Shown here: positions 60,998 through 64,000 of the stretch, piece by piece | How positions within the stretch are numbered: position 1 is the stretch's first letter | Layout: the number at the start of each line of letters is the position of its first letter | Assembly: GCA_002633005.1 (NCBI GenBank) | Contig: NMRA01000021.1 | Coordinates: 985,454 to 1,049,453 of the forward strand | DNA: 64,000 nucleotides | Source of the DNA: Phoronis australis | Lineage: Eukaryota > Animalia > Phoronida | Direction: 5' to 3' | Notes under the pieces: generated by a model | Told to the model about the DNA's origin: nothing | Database searches by the model: none | Seen by the model: only the letters and a program-made list of their open reading frames with translations | Translations under genes and position numbers: made by a program

Positions 60998-62314
60998 TCA
61001 CCCGTCAAAAAAATTCTGTGACATGTTTTATACCCAGGACAGGCAGGGCCAGTCAGGCCGAGTGCTTGGTAATATTGGAAAATTCACAAGAAATCTTTTG
61101 TTAAATGTTCATAACATTGCCTAAAAACTGCGTGCTAGCTTGCCGATGCCCAGGGCGATTTCTTTATTGGATGCCCCTCTTTCTACTCCAGGGATTGGAA
61201 TGACCAATCACAAAGAGGAAAATTTTTCAGGTGACGTATCCTTTCAGAAATAAATAAGCTTCTGTGATGGAAATAGCTTTTGTGTTGTAAAATTTTAACT
61301 GAAAAAAAGTTTTTGCTTTTTGAATGAGTAGTCAAAATAATGATAAAAAGACACGAAAAAAGGAAACTGGAAATCAAATAAGAGGAAATCGAAAACGAAA
61401 AAGAAGGAATCCTCTTAAAAGAGGAAAATTCCAAGCCCTGCTACTCAAATGCATGAGCCCTAGTGGCCTAGCTAGTATTGCAAAAAGTCAAACATAAAAT
61501 AGAAACTATTCAATTTAACTACTTGTAAAGCAGTTGCAATAATTTCAAAAACTTTATTCATGATTGGATGCCCCACCCTCATGCCGATGCCCAGGGCAGT
61601 CACCCTGTGTTTTAGACCATCAGAATACCGCACACAACTCGAGTTTGTTACCTTCATCCTAATGGCAGTAATGCCCTATTGGCACTAATACGTTCCATCA
61701 GGTCACATGACCCTAGACATGTAACCAATCTGTAAATAAATTTGCCTTGTGGATAGTTTCTGCAAATACTTATTTACCGACGGGTTACGTAACACGAGTC
61801 TAGCTTGACCCGACATTTGATTTTGAGTTCGACTCCTTGACAATGGCACGGGTATAGATGCTTAACCTAAATGTTCGTTTCAGTCGAGGGGACACAGCCC
61901 CTCGAATGCAACAGTTCGCCCACCGATGGCGCATGGGAGTTAGGCCTACGTTCCAAAAAATGGAGGAGAAAAGCACCCATGTCGTGATCGATCCGGACAG
62001 ATCAAGATTTGATACATTTTCGAACGATGACAACTATGCCAGTCAACAAGTAACACAGTAACATTTCAATATTAGTAACAATAACCAAGTTAAACCTTAT
62101 CTCACAGTGGCACAAAATTATGAGTCCCAAGCAATATAAACGCCTTTACCGTGACCAAAAAACGCCAAAATGGCGTAGGAAGGCGATGGGAGGGAAGAAC
62201 CACGTGACTATGTCACATGAACAATTCCCGGATAATAGGGTCAATCTCGACCAATCTCGAATTAACCAGCACATTCCGGCGTCGTACTACAGTACAGGAT
62301 TTTGCCTGCCGACG

Positions 62315-62474
62315 CATAAGCGGCACCGCACTGAAAAAAGTGGGGGCTAAAGCCCCTTCAGCCCTCCGGTGGTGCGCCGCCTATTGACCACTGCGGCGTA
62401 ATGAGGCACTGAAAAAATTAAGCGGGGGCTATAGCCCCCCCCCCCAGCCCCATATATCTGGTGCGCCACCCATG
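62315..62474. mobile_element. Two adjacent family B mini-MITEs (second one truncated)
   Basis: Internal GCACTGAAAAAA..GGGGGCTA motif and GTGCGCC(G/A)CC ends. Confidence 0.65.
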
Positions 62475-63007
62475 TGACACACACCGAAGTAGAGATGAGG
62501 CCTTTCCTCACGTCCTTATCGAGAGTCTGAAAAAACAATGGGTTTTGTAGCATTCCCAACTCACAAGCCCTACTCGATGCGGATTTAGGAAGGGGGCCAG
62601 GGGGCACGCTCCCCACTCCCCCCCTTGGCTGCCGCAAAAACAAAACAACAAGAGCGTAGGGAATGTTGAGTTTATTAATTAACCCCGGTAATTAACATTA
62701 TACCATGGCGGAAACAAGATTGAAATGTGTGCCGTTTTACTAATTCAGGGTGTTTGGGCCGGGGGGAGGCTCAGATCCAATTTCAAGTGTCAAATTCGGA
62801 ACACGGCGCAATCGTAACGGAGCTATATGGCTAAGTATAGGCTCTCCCGCGATATCCCAGGGGAAGCGACCGGCAGTAGCGCTGCGCACTACGACTCCGT
62901 TTCCGTCGTGCTGTATCACTGTGCAATGAAGAAAATTACTTCATTTTTTAAAGAAAATGGAATCTGAGTGACGATGAAAAAACAGAAGCTGCAGGTAAGA
63001 TGTCAAC

Positions 63008-63475
63008 CCAGATAGCATGCTGTCGGTGGTCCAACGTCGGTCCGACGACTCACGTTACGTCGGGCCAACGTTGGTGTCTGACGTCGGACCAACGTGATTT
63101 TGTCCATCGGATGAACGTTGTATCAACGTCGTAAGAACGTCGCAGTCGGGCCGCCGATGACCCGACGTTGGTCCGACTGCCGACTAATAATCGACGACGG
63201 TACGACCTGGGCCCGACGGCGGAAATACGACCCTTTACCGACGTCGCGCCAATTCAATTCCGACCACNACGACCTGGGCCCGACGGCGGAAATACGACCA
63301 TTTACCGACGTCGAGCCAATTCAATTCCGACTACTTATTAACGTTCCACCACCCTGCAAGCGATTGTTTACCGACGTTGCACCAACGTAGAGGCGGCTGT
63401 TTGCCAACGTCGCACCAACTTAGAGGCGACCGTTTGCCAACGTCGCACCGACCTTCGACTTTTCAGCCACCTGGT
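63008..63475. mobile_element. CCCAGATAGCA-type MITE (EnSpm/CACTA-like) built from CCRACG/CGTYGG subterminal repeats
   Basis: The left end CCCAGATAGCA is followed by many CCRACGTYG repeats in both orientations. The right end is degenerate. Confidence 0.55.
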
Positions 63476-64000
63476 TTCCCCGCTTGCTCCCATAGAGGAC
63501 ATACATGTACTGATTTAACGATTAAATCAGTGTGTCATCTAAGGTAGCAATCGGAAAACGCACGTGGTTAAAAAGTCGCAGGTATGTTCCACGTTGGTAA
63601 ACAGTCGAGAACATGTTAAGAACAGTCAGGGCCACCCAACCAACAGGTGGCGACAACAATGCTCGGATTATACATCAGGATAATGCACAGCATGCAGTAT
63701 GTCATTAAAGGCATTCCTGTGTTCTTTAAAGCATATCAATACCAGAAATGATGAATACCAAAAATGGTAAATGATGAAGTAAATCATAAAAATAAACTAC
63801 ACTGTATTTGCACAGAAGATAACTTTCAAAGATGCAAATATCCATTATGACCTTGAATATGTAAATTTGTGGCAAGTCCCGCGTAGTGACTTTCATGAAA
63901 ACTGTGCTAACATTATAATTACACTGTAGGAGAAACAAACACTTCACCCATAAAGCTTAAGACCTAATCAATATTATGCGCGCACCCGGGGGGGGGGGGG

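Noticed and set aside
63202-63335. ~65-bp direct repeat inside the CCGACG-rich MITE
   Set aside because: Also centred on a single N (63268), so likely an assembly overlap.

Overview
AT-rich, gene-sparse metazoan genomic DNA, most consistent with a marine invertebrate; the species cannot be determined from the sequence. Two host genes are well supported, both on the minus strand. One is an FMRFamide/peptide-receptor-like class A GPCR with an intronless CDS (37820-38962) and a plausible TATA box and non-coding first exon. The other is a RING/B-box/coiled-coil/NHL (TRIM2/3-like) gene (56448-58333) with an apparent in-frame B-box1 deletion and a late frameshift. The rest is mainly mobile DNA: a decayed end-to-end L1/Tx1 LINE with a candidate 9-bp TSD and an internal RT deletion, a Kolobok (THAP, TTAA) derivative with ~310-bp TIRs, an Academ relic, a 1.6-kb hAT element with a 5-bp TSD plus related MITE families (some nested), Harbinger-like and CACTA-like MITEs, and minisatellites. 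A 2.2-kb duplication and two short duplications flank single-N gaps and are probably assembly or haplotype artefacts. I found no CRISPR array, rRNA, intact tRNA or convincing novel multi-gene system. The most interesting points are TE structures and the damaged TRIM-NHL gene. All assignments come from motif reading by eye; no database searches were run.
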